Source: Caedimonas varicaedens (lineage in GTDB: Bacteria > Pseudomonadota > Alphaproteobacteria > Caedimonadales > Caedimonadaceae). From it: DNA of 17,285 nucleotides. The stretch lies in assembly GCA_001192655.1 (NCBI GenBank), contig BBVC01000058.1, forward strand, positions 1-17,285, read 5' to 3'. Both the position numbers and the translations under genes were made by a program. The notes beneath the pieces are model-generated. The model was not told the DNA's origin. It saw only the letters and a list, made by a program, of their open reading frames with translations, and made no database searches. Position 1 is the first letter of the stretch. Each line of letters begins with the position of its first letter. This document shows positions 16,632 to 17,285 of this stretch, piece by piece.

Positions 16632-16660
16632 TTGACATCAACTCACAGGGTGGATACATG
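16632..16660 (+). promoter_or_regulatory. Candidate sigma70-type promoter for tRNA-Leu
   Basis: TTGACA (16632-16637), a 17-nt spacer, then TACATG (16655-16660). This ends 16 nt before the tRNA 5' end. The -10 matches consensus at only 4 of 6 positions. Confidence 0.35.
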
Positions 16661-16676
16661 ATGAAGTCAGCGTAAA

Positions 16677-16762
16677 GCCCAGGTGGCGGAATGGTAGACG
16701 CGCTAGTTTCAGGTACTAGTAAGCGCAAGCTTGTGGAAGTTCGAGTCTTCTCCTGGGCACCA
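16677..16762 (+). tRNA. tRNA-Leu (anticodon CAG), class II with long variable arm, CCA encoded
   Basis: Acceptor GCCCAGG/CCTGGGC, anticodon stem CTAGT/ACTAG with loop TTCAGGT (anticodon CAG), variable hairpin AAGC-GCAA-GCTT and T arm GGAAG-TTCGAGT-CTTCT. Discriminator A plus CCA at 16760-16762. Confidence 0.95.
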
Positions 16763-16894
16763 CGTATAGTTACATTTTTCCTGAGTCATCGTTTGAATAT
16801 CTTGCCCTGTCACAGTCCCCACCATGATGTACGTCTTGGAATTGCTCAAGGCTTAACCGTACTTCTTAAGGCGCTATAAACAATAGATTTTCTA

Positions 16895-17285
16895 GGAAGT
16901 AAGGAATTAAGATAAATTTTGGCTTTCGCCTTTGCAATATGGAGGATTTGTTTGTCAGTGCCCTATTCCAATTTATCCAAACGTCCTCATGTTTTTCAAG
17001 GGATGACAGGGTTGAGTGTTTCAGAGTTTCAGGAAAATGTGAATTTTATTCATCTTTTATGTGAAAGGTCTGTCGAATTGTTAAAGGAATCAGCAGGACG
17101 AAGGAGTGTTCTCCAGACGTTTGAAGATCAGGTCATGTCTCTTTTGATTTATTATCGAACCTATATTACTCATGAATTTATCGGTCATTTGTTTGGTCTT
17201 CATAATTCCAACGTCTGTCGTCTGTTTAAAAGGTTGGAGCCTTTGATGAGCAAGCGTCTTGCCATCAAGAAGGATCGAACGTTGA
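16895..17285 (+). mobile_element. Left part of an IS5-like insertion sequence. The left terminus is tentatively at GGAAGTAAGG (16895-16904), preceded by CTA(G).
   Basis: IS5-group inverted repeats commonly begin GGAAG and insert at CTAG/YTAR-like targets. Here TCTAGGAAGTAAGG lies 57 nt upstream of the transposase start. The right end is not available to confirm the inverted repeat. Confidence 0.35.
16952..17285 (+). CDS. IS5-like / PIF-Harbinger-type DDE transposase, N-terminal part (HTH_Tnp_4-like); continues beyond the window
   Basis: Not in the ORF track because there is no stop in the window. TTG 16952 lies 5 nt after GGAGGA. Translation is (M)SVPYSNLSKRPHVFQGMTGLSVSEFQENV...RRSVLQTFEDQVMSLLIYYRTYITHEFIGHLFGLHNSNVCRLFKRLEPL. 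This matches the N-terminal pattern of IS5-family transposases (LS.EDQLL..L.YLR.Y.T...LG..FGVS.S.V.R.F). Confidence 0.7.
   Translation, partial: MSVPYSNLSKRPHVFQGMTGLSVSEFQENVNFIHLLCERSVELLKESAGRRSVLQTFEDQVMSLLIYYRTYITHEFIGHLFGLHNSNVCRLFKRLEPLMSKRLAIKKDRTL

Noticed and set aside
16691-16879. 62-aa ORF overlapping the tRNA-Leu gene
   Set aside because: It starts inside a canonical tRNA and has no RBS or motifs, so it is spurious.

Overview
The window looks like a chromosomal segment from a moderately AT-rich alphaproteobacterium. That assignment is an inference from the cpoB(ybgF)-tilS-ftsH run on the minus strand and the tightly packed ppx-rlmE-rsmB run on the plus strand. I cannot name the organism. 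Two different insertion sequences cut the window edges: the 3' end of an IS630-family (DD35E) transposase at the left, and the 5' end of an IS5-like (HTH_Tnp_4 type) transposase at the right, about 130 nt downstream of a tRNA-Leu(CAG).

Housekeeping content: Ppx/GppA phosphatase, RlmE, an RsmB-like methyltransferase, alanine dehydrogenase, FtsH, TilS, CpoB, ETF-ubiquinone oxidoreductase and Ogt.

Between cpoB and the ETF-QO gene lies a roughly 5 kb stretch that looks more AT-rich by eye (about 9.07-14.35 kb). It holds six non-housekeeping genes:
- an exported bactofilin-like beta-helix protein, sitting where pal normally precedes cpoB
- an orphan secreted 300 aa protein
- a divergently transcribed two-component pair
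- a BON-domain protein
- a small 2-3 TM membrane protein

The two-component pair is my best candidate for something undescribed. Its response regulator has an inverted architecture (N-terminal XRE helix-turn-helix, C-terminal receiver) and its kinase is a soluble PAS-HisKA-HATPase protein.

The second notable signal is a 58-70 nt dispersed repeat present twice (252-321 and 4850-4907). It has four identical blocks, a variable internal hairpin and indels of 15 and 3 nt. One copy starts immediately after the ftsH stop codon and the other abuts the IS630 end.

I saw no CRISPR array, rRNA, prophage, reverse transcriptase or recognisable defence genes. All domain calls come from motif reading of the supplied translations, not from searches.
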